Position numbers and translations under genes: made by a program. A DNA stretch of 64,000 nt. Source: Eledone cirrhosa. Lineage: Eukaryota. The stretch spans positions 20,646,001-20,710,000 of the forward strand of contig OZ024748.1 of the NCBI GenBank assembly GCA_964016885.1. Reading direction: 5' to 3'. The notes under the pieces are model-generated. The model was not told where the DNA came from and did no database searches. It worked only from the letters and a program-made list of their open reading frames with translations. Positions 27,049 through 39,790 of this stretch are shown here, one piece after another (within the stretch, counting starts at the first letter, position 1; each line of letters opens with the position of its first letter).

Positions 27049-28435
27049 TATGTAATCTTGTGTGGAACACGGGTGAAGTCCCAGAAGATTGGAGAAACGG
27101 AGCGGTTGTCTGTATCCCCAAGAAGGGCAACCTTGCCGATTGTGACAACTGGAGGGGAGTGACACTTCTCTCCATACCAGGGAAGGTCTATTGTCTGATG
27201 ATCCTGAACCGCATACGTGGCATGGTAGACCGGGAACTGCGAGAACAACAGGCAGGGTTCCGACCAAAACGTTCCTGTGCAGAGCAGATCTTTACGTTAC
27301 GCCGCATCATTGAGAGGTATAACAAATTCCAGAGGCCCCTCGCCGTCAGCTTCATCGATTTCTCCAAAGCATTCTATAGCATTCATCGACCGTCACTCTG
27401 GAGCATCATGCATGAGTATGGTGTGCCCCAGAAAGTCATTTCGGCAATCAAACAGATTTACACAAACTCCAAGTGCTGCATACAGACAGAGGATGGTTAC
27501 AGTTACTGGTTTGAGGTGGTTACTGGTGTGCGTCAAGGTTGCTCGCTTTCTCCAATTCTCTTTGCCATAGCCATTGACTGGGTACTAAGAAGAGCATCTA
27601 AAGACCAGGGTATATCTTGGGTGGGAGAGCGAAAGTTGTCTGACCTGGACTTTGCGGACGATATTGCTGCACTTACAGAGCACAGCTGACCTGCAAATCG
27701 TTATGAACAATATCAATGTCGAAGCAGGAAGCTTAGGTCCCAATATCAGTGCTAAGAAGACCAAAAGCATGTTATCTGGGACACACCCATCACCAACTAG
27801 TGTTTTCATTGAACAGGGGGAGGTGGAGATAGTGGACAACTTCACCTACCTAGGAAGCTCCATTGACAATGGGGGCGCCATGAACAGTGAATTGAAATGT
27901 AGAATGGGAAAGGCTTCAGCAGCATTTAACCAGCTTTTCAAGATCTGGAAGAGCAGGAAGTTCACCCTCAAAACAAAGATGAGATTCTACAACAGCAATG
28001 TGCTGTCCACACTCTTGTACGGAAGTGAAACATGGCACCTTAAGACCAGCCAAGAGAGGAAGTTGGATGCATTCGATTCCAGGTGTCTGCGAAAGATCCT
28101 GGGGATTAAATGGAGTGACCATGTAACAAACCAGGAAGTCAAGAACTGCACCAACCAGCAGCTAGTCTCTTCTGCCATCTGCAAGCGATGCCTGGGCTGA
28201 TTGGGCACGCTTTGAGACTTCCCCCGGAGAGACTGGCGAACCAAGTACTTAAATGGAACCCACAGGGAAGCAGACGGAGAGGGCGACCCAAAATGAACTG
28301 GTGCCAGACAGTTGAGAGGGACCTGCGAGCGACAAACAGACAATGGCGGGACGCTGTGCAACTGGCTGCTGACCGAACGCGGTGGAACACTATGATTGCC
28401 TCATGCGTCGCAATACGCGGGAGCTTCTGAGAGAG
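27049..28435 (+). mobile_element. RTE-clade LINE, 5'-truncated, young
   Basis: PKKGNLADCDNWRGVTLLS, QAGFRPKRSC, FIDFSKAF, GVRQGCSLSP, LDFADD, RRRGRPK; GA-rich tail; 12-bp TSD TCTTATCAAGCT (27037-27048, 28436-28447). Confidence 0.95.
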
Positions 28436-28529
28436 TCTTATCAAGCTGTCTGCAGAAACTTATTTAGCCTAGTTGCAATATATGGATCTTTGGAATGTTT
28501 TACAATCTTCGAGTGGCTGCATATTCTGT

Positions 28530-29200
28530 TCCAATGTGCATGAACTATCAGGAATCAGTTAATCTCTTGGAGGCTGAGGTTACAAGATCAATTAAAGAGC
28601 TCAAATGTAATAAGGGGGAGGATAAAATTTGGCCAAAGAATTTAAAAGCCTTAAATAGAGACAGTATTGTGGCTGACTCGTGTACCAAATGACCTGGAGC
28701 TCTAGAAAGGCACCTAAGCAAAGGAAATCAAGGGTGATAATCCCAATTTTCAAAATGAGAAGAGATTGCTCCAATTATAAAGGGATCTCAAGTCCAAGAT
28801 AGCTAATGAACAATGTGGTTTTTGCCCTCGATTCAGGGTAGCTGACCAAATATTCACACAGTGAGCAAGTCTTCCAAAAACTGCCTAAAGATCTGCAAGA
28901 GTTTGAGATTGATGGACAGCTTGTTGCCCCGATATCTATACAAATGCCCTAATATTTGCGTTTGGATAAATGGTACTAAATTGAAACCAATGTGGGGAGT
29001 TGGACTGCCAACAGTTCATATCAGCTGTCATGTTATCTTCATGAACTGGATTGATATGCCCAGCCAGATTGGAAATGGTATCCTGACTGGCAGGTGTAAG
29101 ATCATTTGGCTGGAATTTACAGATAACATCGTATTAACTCGACAGAAGGGGATCAGCATGCACTGCTGCTGAGTGCTGCATGGCTGGAATAAAAGAAAAA
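28530..29200 (+). mobile_element. Heavily decayed LINE RT fragment
   Basis: EVTRSIKELK..GEDKI, VIIPIFK, DCSNYKGIS, DQIFT. Confidence 0.6.
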
Positions 29201-29908
29201 AAATTCATCCTCAAAGAAGCCTGTGCAGTACATTAAATGCAAGTTTCACTGAAAATCCAGAAGTCAACCCCAAGCAAGATTGTAGGATAACGGCAGGCTG
29301 GTGAAGATGCCTGGAGACAGATATAGGGGTGGGCTGATTACAGCAATGGAGGTGTATGGGAGGGGAGATGGTAGAGGAAAGTATTGCCTTCAAAACAAAC
29401 CCTGTTTAAGTTTTAAATTTTTCTCCACCCAAACCTGCATTGCCACGGCTTTCCAGCTTAGGATTTAAATAAAAAAACTAAAAATAAAAAAAAATATTAA
29501 AAAGAATTTCGTGTTTTCTTTATATATTCCATTTAATTCTGTTTCTATTTATTTTCACTTTATGCTTTATTTTTATTTTCATTTTTTCCACCCTTTCATG
29601 TTTTCACAGAACCAACACCAGCTAAAGAACAGAAAAACTCATGAGAATCAACAACCATCCATTAGAGCTGAGCAAGCAAGGAATGAACAGATATGCACCG
29701 AAAGGACAAAGTTCCATTATTTTTGTCTGGCAGGTCTAATGTCCCTTTACCAAAATTCAATTCCTAAGACATCAATCTGTCTGAGGCTATAAGAGAGAAG
29801 ATATTCAGGTAGACTGCATATAACTAGAAACCGTTAAGACACCATTATTTGAACTGGGGTGTAGGAGGAGGGTATCTAAGTGAAACATTTTATTTATATA
29901 TATTATCT

Positions 29909-31300
29909 ATCAAGGTTAATGTAAGCTCAGCATGAATGCCAACAAATGGGTTTGCAAGCTAACCAATTCTGATGGGTTTAATGGAACCATAGCAGTAAAA
30001 ACATCAGATGTCTTGACTCCCTGATCCACTTATTCTGTAGGGAGGTAATCTTTAGAAAAATGAAGCCTCTTTGATATATCTCCCTTGTAACCATTTACAA
30101 CAAACTTAAGTTAGACTGGCTCATTCAGCACATCTCCCTCACAATCACCAGGATAAACCATTCCTATTATCTAATAGAAATGAAGGGAACATCAATGATG
30201 TAGAAATACAGTGACAGAAGGTATCATCCAAATAGGTCTTAACCCATTGAACTGAACAGTATCTAGAAGCTGTAGGATCAACACGATTCATACTTTCACA
30301 AAAATCCTGACAAGGAAGTACAGTATTCTGGAAGTACTGGATCTATTGGACCAGAGATTTTGAAGAGGATTTAGGTGCATAAACCAATGATTATTCTCAG
30401 GATTTTCAGTGAGAAGACTGGACATTGGCAGTAGTGTTTAGTGGATTAGAGAGGTGCATTCATTCAAGCAGGGTGGGAAGTTTTACAATTAAAAAAAATA
30501 AGGAACCTAAAATAGTTTTACAATCATCATTGGCACTCTTCCAATGTTTCTCTGCTAACCTCCAGTAACCTTACTCTAAAATGATCAGCCACTTAAAGAA
30601 AGCTACTTCTCTTAACACCGAAGAAAAGTATGAGACTATCAAATTTAAAGAAATTCTACTCTAATAATGAGGCTATGAAAATTTATTTTAACATTACTAA
30701 TTTTTGTTTAAAGGACTATTTGGACTCATTGTGAGTCACTGAAGGACAACTGGTAACATGCAACCAAGACAACCTGTGACATGGTCAGGTTATTGGTAAA
30801 ATTTATTTTAACAGACTATATGGACTTGTTTTGTTTCTTCATATATATCAAGTTTAATGTAGGCTCAGCATGAATGCCAACAAATGAGTTTTCAAGCTGA
30901 CCATTCTGATAGGTTTAACAATGGAACCATAGCAGTGAAAACATCAGATGTCCGATTCCCTGATCTTATTCTGTAAGCAGTTAATCTTTAGAAAAATGTA
31001 CACTCAGATGATTTGGTTCTTTCAGCATATCTCCCTTGTAACCATTTCACATCTCCCTCGCAATCACCAGGATAAACCATTCCCCATCGTCTAATGGAAA
31101 TGAAGGGAGCATCAATGATATAAAAAAAAAAAAAATATTCTATTCAGTAATAGGCTATTAAAATTTATTTTAACATTACTAATTTTTGTTTAAAGGACTA
31201 TTTGGACACATTGTGAGTCACTGAAGGACAACTGGTAACATGCAACCAAGACAACTTGTGACCTTGTCAGGTCATTGGTAAAAATTTTAATATATGGACT
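29909..31300. repeat. Local diverged duplication (A-x-B-A'-B')
   Basis: 29909-30205 matches 30847-31100; 30665-30825 matches 31148-31300. Confidence 0.85.
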
Positions 31301-31778
31301 CATACATTGTGGGTATATGTCAGGTCATAGAAGAACTACTGGTTATATGCAAGCCAGGACCACTTGTCACATGGTCGGGGGTCATTGGTAACCAAACATG
31401 TAACACCACTAAGCTTGATTGGTGGGGGGGGGGGGGGAAGACTCCTTGCAGGAAGATAATCAACATAAGCTAAGGAGCAGAAAAACTCATGAGAATTAAC
31501 CACCATCCATTAGTGTGCAAGAAAACCACAAAAGACAGGTAGTCAGAGCTCGTGAGCCATGGTTGGCTGCATCTTGGAGAAGGATCATCGATTTCAAAAC
31601 CAGGGTAGATGGGACTAAGTCACCTTGTTAACAAGCTTTCAAGTGGCCATTTACTTCACTCTTGTGATGAAAATGAATGAGCTATGACTTGGTAGCCATT
31701 TGTATGTATACACTTATCTGCGTATATGTTTGTACTGTATATAATTATGTGTATTTTTCTATGTATGTGTGTATGCAC

Positions 31779-31816
<38 letters not shown>

Positions 31817-32115
31817 GTGTGTGTGTGTGTATTTTGCCTTAGCATTGTATGTGACTGCTTATTTCAGTATATGTATGTTTGTTCGATTTTTATTTATGTG
31901 TGAGAGAAAGAAAGAGAGCGAAAAAGAGAAAGAGAGAAAGAAAGAGAGTGAGCTTATATACTTATATATTTATTATTTTTCTCCTTTTCTTATTCCTCCA
32001 GCCTCACTTTCCTATATTTGTTTTTCAAAACACCAGGATTTTTTCATTCTGATGACAAAGCGAATTTGCTGTCAAGAAACCACTGGTAAATGAAATAATT
32101 ATCTTATGTTTATTA

Positions 32116-32555
32116 CATATCTAAAGATATACAGTATGTTTAATAAATAAACATTTTTAAAGCCCAGTTATGAATATTTAAAGGCTGACAGCACCATTTA
32201 GCTGATACCAGCAGAAGCAGCAAGGGATAATTGCCTATATGTATTTTGAGCTGGTGGCTCTCATAGGGACCGACTTCCTGCTGCCACTTAACAGGCAAGG
32301 ATATATTTTCACCTGTGCATGAAAATGAGACTAATCAGCCCATCTACACAAACGAAAATATATATTCTCACTTGTTCTCAAGTTTCAGCAGAAATCAGCA
32401 GGGAAGGAGCCACCACTGTCACAAAGAGAGCCACCAGCTCTAAATATAGACAATTATCCTTCACTGCTTCTGCTGGAATAGACAGCACCGTCAACCTCCC
32501 AATATTCATAGCTTGGCTTTCGAAATGTTTATTAAATGCTATATTTTTAGATATG
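32116..32555. repeat. Imperfect long inverted repeat (arms 32116-32262 / 32426-32555), probably an old MITE
   Basis: CCAGCAGAAGCAG..GGATAATTG.CTATAT..GAGCTGGTGGCTCTC and its reverse complement. Confidence 0.85.
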
Positions 32556-33159
32556 AAATTTACATATTTAAATATATAAATATGTTTTAAGATATTGCTA
32601 AATATATTTGAATAAAGACACTTCCAAGAAATACTTTCTTTCAAATTCTTTTTCCAGAAAACCACTTTCATGCCATTAGTTAGAAAGGCTTATAATACTC
32701 TTAGTTTAAGATATCATGCATACACCTTGCTATCAGCTCGATGTCTAAAATCCCACCCTACCATCTTTAAAAGTGAGAGTCATGACCAGATTGGCTTTGA
32801 TCAGATAGGTGGCCATTTCCAAATCTCCAGAAAGCAACGTGGCTTTGTATTTACATAAATCACAGGTTTGCTCAATCAAAGCCAAATTGGGGGTAAAGCA
32901 ACTTTCAACTAAAAAATTAGCACTGCATTTAAAAGAAAGTGACAATGTCAGGTTTATACTTTTCCAATAGTATCAGTGACAGCCAAACAAGGTGGTGGTG
33001 GTGGGAGGGGGGGGGGGGGGGGGTTTAGATATTTTAGAGAATATAAAACATTAAAATGAAAGACGCTAAGCAACACTATCATCAGATATCCTGACCTGCA
33101 GCTTTAACAAATGGTTTGTTTTTATCACTAGAGTGATTTCCAGAAGTTAACTGATAAGG

Positions 33160-34155
33160 GACCCATCAGTATGGCAAAAGATGGTCAAAAGTAGAATAAA
33201 CTAAAGCAAAGATCCATCAACATGGCCATAGAAAGGCTTAAAAAGGGGAATAAAAGAAAGCAATGCCCCATCAGTATGGCCATAGAAATGCTTGAAAGGA
33301 ATGATCCATCAGTATGGCCATAGAAAGGCTTGAAAGAGAAATAAAAGAAAGCAATGATCCATCAGTATGGCCATAGAAAGGCTTGAAAGAGGAATAAAAG
33401 AAAGCAATGATCCATCAGTATGGCCATAGAAAGGCTTGAAAGAGGAATAAAAGAAAGCAATGATCCATCAGTATGGCCATAGAAAGGCTTGAAAGAGAAA
33501 TAAAAGAAAGCAATGATCCATCAGTATGGCCATAGAAAGGCTTGAAAGAGGAATAAAAGAAAGCAATGATCCATGAGTATGGCCATAGAAAGGCTTGAAA
33601 GAGAAATAAAAGAAAGCAATGATCCATCAGTATGGCCATAGAAAGGCTTGAAAGAGGAATAAAAGAAAGCAATGCTCCATCAGTATGGCCATAGAAAGGC
33701 TTGAAAGAGGAATAAAAGAAAGCAATGATCCATCAGTATGGCCATAGAAAGGCTTGAAAGAGGAATAAAAGAAAGCAATGATCCATCAGTATGGCCATAG
33801 AAAGGCTTGAAAGAGGAATAAAAGAAAGCAATGATCCATCAGTATGGCCATAGAAAGGCTTGAAAGAGGAATAAAAGAAAGCAATGATCCATCAGTATGG
33901 CCATAGAAAGGCTTGAAAGAGGAATAAAAGAAAGCAATGATCCATCAGTATGGCCATAGAAAGGCTTGAAAGAGGAATAAAAGAAAGCAATGATCCATCA
34001 GTATGGCCATAGAAAGGCTTGAAAGGGGAATAAAAGAAAGGAATGACCCATCAGTATGGCCAATATAGATGGTCAAACCATAATAAAAGTAAGGAATGAC
34101 CCCTGAATATGACCAAACAGGCTTGAAACAAGCAATGACCTCAGTATGGCCAGAA
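33160..34155. repeat. Minisatellite, 53-bp unit, 14 core copies (33303-34044) with degenerate flanks
   Basis: GATCCATCAGTATGGCCATAGAAAGGCTTGAAAGAGGAATAAAAGAAAGCAAT tandem. Confidence 0.97.
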
Positions 34156-34189
34156 GGTTAAAACCAGAATGAAAAGAAATGAAAATCAC

Positions 34190-34437
34190 CTTCCTCCCTT
34201 TCAGATAGCCCTTATATATTTAGCATTCATAGGACCTTCAAGGATAATACCAAGGGATGTGGAGGCCTTTAACCCCTGTTCCATATTCAGTCGAAATAAT
34301 TCCCACCATCCCTATGTTGGGGCACTAGTGATTTATGAAATGAGAAAAGGTGACAAGCCTTATCTGCTAAAGACTTATTGCTCAAGACCGTGGGTGATAT
34401 GTGGGGGACCAAATGTAGCGACAGTTTATTTACAAAA
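34190..34437 (-). other. Candidate second exon of a host gene
   Basis: tcttttag| acceptor and AAG|gtgatt donor; about 49 open codons in phase with the candidate first exon, then stops. Confidence 0.3.
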
Positions 34438-35159
34438 CTAAAAGACAAGCCAATACTGATAACTGCAGTTTAGCTTTGTTTGTCAAGTTGAAACTCTTAA
34501 AGAGTAAAAATAGGGAGTATTAGGGCAAAAGGCTTAGTGTTCAAATCTACAATGAATCTCGAGCTCATTACCTCCTGGTAACTAAATGAATAGAACCAAA
34601 GCTTCTAGGTCTGCTCTTGGAAGGAGTCGTGGGTTTAACAACAGCCAGTCACTGACAACAGCATTATATAGCCAGACATTCAATGAATATCAGAAGGACA
34701 GAAGCTACTAGGCCCTGAGGATTTATGGAGGTCAAAACAACCATTCTCCAAAAAGCATTATATGGCCAGATCTTTACCATGGTCGAATTCCTAGGAATGG
34801 TAATAATTTGTAACAGTAAAACTCCTTGGACATACTAATTCTAACACCTTGATGCTCCCAGAAGTGTCCAAGCAAGGAGTGAACAGTTATACACTGGAAG
34901 GACAAAGTACAAAGTTCCATTTTTTTGTCAGACAACAGGCTTCTTTAATTTCTCTTTACCAAAATTCAACTCCTAAGGCATTAATCTATCCAAGGCTATA
35001 AGAGAAGCCAGATACTGCAAGAGAATAAATTCAGGTAGACTGTAGCTGGAAACCATTTACACAAAGTTGAACATGAATGGAGGTGGGTATCGAAGTGAAA
35101 CATTGTTTTGTGTCTTGACAAAATGACTAAGAAGACAGTATAGAATGTTAATATAACTA

Positions 35160-35254
35160 TACGAGGTGTGTCAGAAAAGTTCCAGGACAGTGTAAAGTTT
35201 GGGTTTGAAATAAATCTTTTGTGACATCAGTCCTGGAACTTTTGATACCTCTTA
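35160..35254. mobile_element. 95-bp mini-MITE of the 278-1184 mariner family
   Basis: TACGAGGTGTGTCAGAAAAGTTCCAGGAC...GTCCTGGAACTTTTGATACCTCTTA with TA flanks. Confidence 0.88.
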
Positions 35255-36761
35255 TATATGAATTAATAACCCCTGGTGGAACCGTATAGCGTTTCTTAGG
35301 CAATTTAAACCTGGCAGAGACTTTAGGTCTAAATACAACCGATTTCTTCCAGAGAAAGAAAGTGAGAAAGAAATATCGAAGAAGAATCTACCCCAGTATT
35401 AGACTTGTACTTTTATCGATTGACTTTGAAGGGATGAAAATTACCTCAGCAGGATTTGAACTCAGAGCAGAGAGAACGAAAAGTGCAAAGCATTCTAGCC
35501 GATGTTTTAATCATTGGACTAGTTCCACCAAAGAGTTAGATGAAGCTTTACTACAGTGGGGAGAGCTGGGTTTGTCAGTCACAGTTACTGATGAGGATAG
35601 AAGGAAGTAGAGAGTATGGGACAATCTGCATTCAAGGGAAACTTTCAACTGATCTTTCTGATCAATTTACTAGGAGCCACTTTCTGCTAGCGCAAAGTTC
35701 TCGGGGGACTGGATTGATGCTCTGCCTGTAGCCAACATTGGTGGCCTCAGGACAAACTCCACATCTCCATTGCACTTCATGTAGAAGCCGATGTCTGGGT
35801 TTGAGATGTTGCTGTGGTAGGTCCCTCGACTCCCAGGTTTCCCTGGTTTGTCCTAACTGAATGCCGGTCATTTTGCCCATCACACTGAGTTAAACAGGCC
35901 CCGACTCATGTTAATACCCCCACAGTTCTGGAGGTGACTGGTTTATCTAGAAGTGATGGGAAGAGACGGTCTTACCTTTGTCCCTGAACGAGAGGTAGGT
36001 GTCTCATCTGGGACGTCTGACTTTTGCCCCCTCCCACATCATGAATGCTTTGGTGAATGTGGGACTGCTTCTGGACAGAATAAAATTCTGGAATACCAGG
36101 ACTTAGACAATTATTTTTGACGTTCAGTGGAGTTGTGCCACTAAGTCAACTTCACTGGCGACTGATGTATCAGGTGATGCCCATGAAGGGATTTCAGCAC
36201 CTTAGCCTCGCCATCACCCGTAGTAATGCTGCAAACGTTGGCTTACCTGAAAGTGTCCAGTTAACTTTCAAGGTGTGAAGTGTTGCAGATTGTCACACTT
36301 GGTGAATTTCCCCCTTTTTTTTCTTTTTATCATTTTTGTTTGTGAATTTATGCGTTATACACGGTTTGGACACATTTGTCCTTCCTTTACGCATTTGTTA
36401 TTTGTAATGCTATTTATACAACCTTAATAAAATGAATTTTTTTCTTCCCTCAAAAATATAGAGGGTTAATTCTCGTAGTTCTGCTTGAAGGAATTGTAGG
36501 GAGTATTAACGAAGGAGATAGTATAGAACACTCGGAAGTTACAGAAAAAATAAACTATTCTGTACGACAACCACCTGTTACTAATGGTGATAACGGAAAA
36601 ACTATCAAAACTAGAACGACTTTCATTGAAGTTAGTGAATGGGGTGTTAAATGAAAAATATATTTATAACTAAAACAAATCTTGCGATTACACTTAAAGG
36701 TGAAGGAGGAACATTTACAAATGACACCGGAGACGGGATGAAGAGAGTTTTCTTCGTAATG

Positions 36762-36797
<36 letters not shown>

Positions 36798-38151
36798 GTG
36801 CCTATAATAAGAGAAAGAGGAAGTTATTCTCAAGCCGGAGACCCAGTCTTCTGAATGCAAGCCTATCTGCAACCTTTTGTGATTTGGGTGCCTCAACATT
36901 TCGTGGGGAACACTAATTTACTAGGGAATATTTTGGTTTTGTTTGTTTTTTCTTCTCCACAAGTACATACGAGATAGGTATAATTGTTATAAAATCTCAG
37001 AGGGTAGGGAACTCCGAGTTTCGTCCCATCATTTCCACCACCCCTTTTTCTTAGAGAAATAAAAAGTCAGTTCTGACTTTTTGGTAGATCAAATTCGTTT
37101 AAAAAAAAAAAAAAAAATTCTACCCGAACCAGAGAGGGTTGTAACAGTTAAAAATACCGTTTATTATATTTTAACCAACTTCATCGGTGACCACTTTTCT
37201 AAGTTTATTTGTTCGTTTGAGATAAAGTTACTAAAAGACTTCAAGGGGCTATTTAAATTTGAGGGTGTACCATTGAAAATTAGGTGGAGGGCAGTGCCAT
37301 TCAGTGACACCACCCTCATCCACACCTTTTTTCTTGGCGACGTGCCCGCTCGAATGTTTACAACAAAATGAATTTAGTTAAGAGGAGCCTAATAGAGTTA
37401 ACTAAACGACATAATTTGTCACGATTTATAATTAACGGTACATAAGGTATGTAAACAACTATTAAGCATATACAGTAATTTTTTAAGAGATGAGAATGGT
37501 GAGAGTTTGTGATGTTCATGCGTCAATTAATTGCCACAGTATCAAAAGAGGCCAAATAGAAACGATATGCGGGTCTGTCGAAACGGCCGGAGCTCAACCG
37601 TCGGGGGGGGGGGGTCCCGACTTTTCATTATATATACATACACATAACAAAAACACAAATAAAACGAGTCTTTTACAAAGGTACGAAAACTAAGATCCGT
37701 TAGGTGTTTGTAGAGCGTGTGGCATTCATGCTTTTCAAATAATTGTTTCTACTTTAGGCACAAGGCCAGCATTTCACCAGTGCATTACTGGTACTTTATT
37801 TTATCGACCCCGTAAGGATGAAAGGCAAAGTCATGAACAAAGTATATTTTATTGTCGAGCTAACGAGGTTGTCCCGACGCCGTCGTCTGACATACTAGAC
37901 AAAGCTAAATCCCCTTTCATACCTTGGTGTCAAGATAAATATACAATGTCCTAGATATACCTTAGAGAAAAAAGAATTATTAGAATACCTTTTACCACAG
38001 GTTTTCTCAATCAGGACTGACCTGGGGCTAAACAACAGTTGTCACAACAGAAAGAAGTTTTCAAAACAAAGTTATGAATAAAAGACAAAGCCACTCACTA
38101 TTAAACATAAAAAATATAAATATACATACATGAGTATGTATAATGTCTCAC

Positions 38152-38800
38152 CTGCATATATGTACTAGCAGCGGTCTAATCGGCAAGCTTCCACACGTGT
38201 TTATCAGTCAGTAAACTACAGCCATAGTCTCGAGTGAGGAGGGACAACGACAGTTATATCATAAATATATTATATATATTTTAACAGTAGTTTTAGCCAC
38301 AGTTTATATCCACCATAAGTTTCCGTCGTTTTTAATGTACCAGTTCCGTGGTTTGTAAGGTGCTTCTGTTAGTAAGCGTTGTGTGTGACCTTGTCGACCG
38401 ACCAGGTGGAGAATGGGTGCGAGGTGGGTGGTGATAGTTTGTGATGAAAGTATGAGAGAAGGTTGTATATAGTAGCAGCAAGGTAGACGGTGATGGTGTA
38501 ATGGTGGTGACGACAATCGTTAAAATGGTGGCGGCGGTCAGCTGTTGGCTTCTTATATTACTTTCACTTGAGTCATTCCGGATGGAAATTACCACAGGAC
38601 TAAACCGGTCCAGGTAACGAAAACAGGTGAGAAGGAAGATGATTGATGAAGCGGGGTGAGAGCAAAAGAAAAGTTTAGAAGTGGTTTCGCGAGATAAAGC
38701 TATGACAAAGATGCGAGTCAAATTCGTGAAGCGTTGAGATATTTTCAACACAAAAGTATTTAAAAAAAAAAAAAAAACCTTAGGGGCTGATAGTTAAGTT
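38152..38800 (-). other. Candidate first exon / 5' UTR of a minus-strand host gene
   Basis: Non-repetitive CpG-containing block near the CpG-depletion boundary, ending in CAG|gtgaga; ATG at 38225 reads MAVVY*LINTCGSLPIRPLLVHIC; upstream limit approximate. Confidence 0.35.
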
Positions 38801-39429
38801 GGGTTGGGTTGGATTGAATCCCGGTAGAGAGACACCTGGCAATATCCCGACAGTCTTAATGAACAGCAGACGATATAGATGGACGATTCTGTAAACTGCT
38901 CAAATATTACTGTCCTCTTAAAAATAAATATTGTATACTTTAGTTTTAATATCCACATTCAATAAAAACACCAGGGTTTTTTTTTTTTTTAATTCTGATG
39001 ACTGAAAGCAAATTTTACTTTAGTTTTAATGTTTTTCGCCCGTCCCTTGTTTTGTTACTCAGATTTTTGTTTAACAAAGTAGCGAAGTAGAGAAATAGAA
39101 TGCGTTAGTTGATCATTGTCAAATGTTTTATGTAACTAGCATTTGTTATATATAAAATCACGGTCCGTTTTGTTGATAAGAAACCATGACAACAGCTAAT
39201 CAATATAGGTCAACATTACTTGAAGCTTCAGCTAGACATTTACATATCTATAAAGTTGGCTCTGGTCTATTGAACAAAGAAAATAAATGGTGGTGGGTGG
39301 GCTACCAAGCCGTTTATTTACATTGATCGTGAATTAAGTGCTTCACCGCTTTAAGGATCTGGAGGAGTCACTATGATAGTTATGTAGTACGACGCCTTGC
39401 GCCCCCCCCCCCCCCCCTGCCGCCAATGG

Positions 39430-39790
39430 ACACTAGGAAACAGTGTCAAGACTGCTGTCCCGAGGGATGTTGCCTCGTGGACGCATGTCTTTGTAAGGAA
39501 AGATTCTGTGAAGCCCCCCCCCCCCGCTCACACAGCCTTACACTGGACCTTACCGTGTCTTAGCGCGCTCGGCTAAGCATTTCACTCTAGATATTAAAGG
39601 GTCCAGGGAGAGTTACAATAGACAGGCTTAAGCAGGCACACCTGGACACGGACGCTGTGGTTCCTGATCCACGAACCCCTTCGTATTTGCCTGTTGAGCG
39701 AACGTGGGCGTTACAGTTACCTGGTCAGGACGAGTTTTCCATCTATCGGTCTTAAAGTCGCCGCCGCCGTATGGTGGTGTGGGATGTCAG
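39430..39790 (+). mobile_element. Gypsy integrase C-terminal remnant
   Basis: WTHVF.RKDSVKPP..LTQPYTGPYRVLARSAKHFTL..TIDRLKQAH. Confidence 0.8.

Noticed and set aside
33303-34044. 53-bp array as a CRISPR or coding repeat (ORF 33415-33672)
   Set aside because: No variable spacers; unit length is not a multiple of 3, so the ORF is a by-product of the repeat
38304-38751. 139-aa and 70-aa minus-strand ORFs as proteins
   Set aside because: Non-ATG starts, low complexity, no recognisable domain; more like UTR
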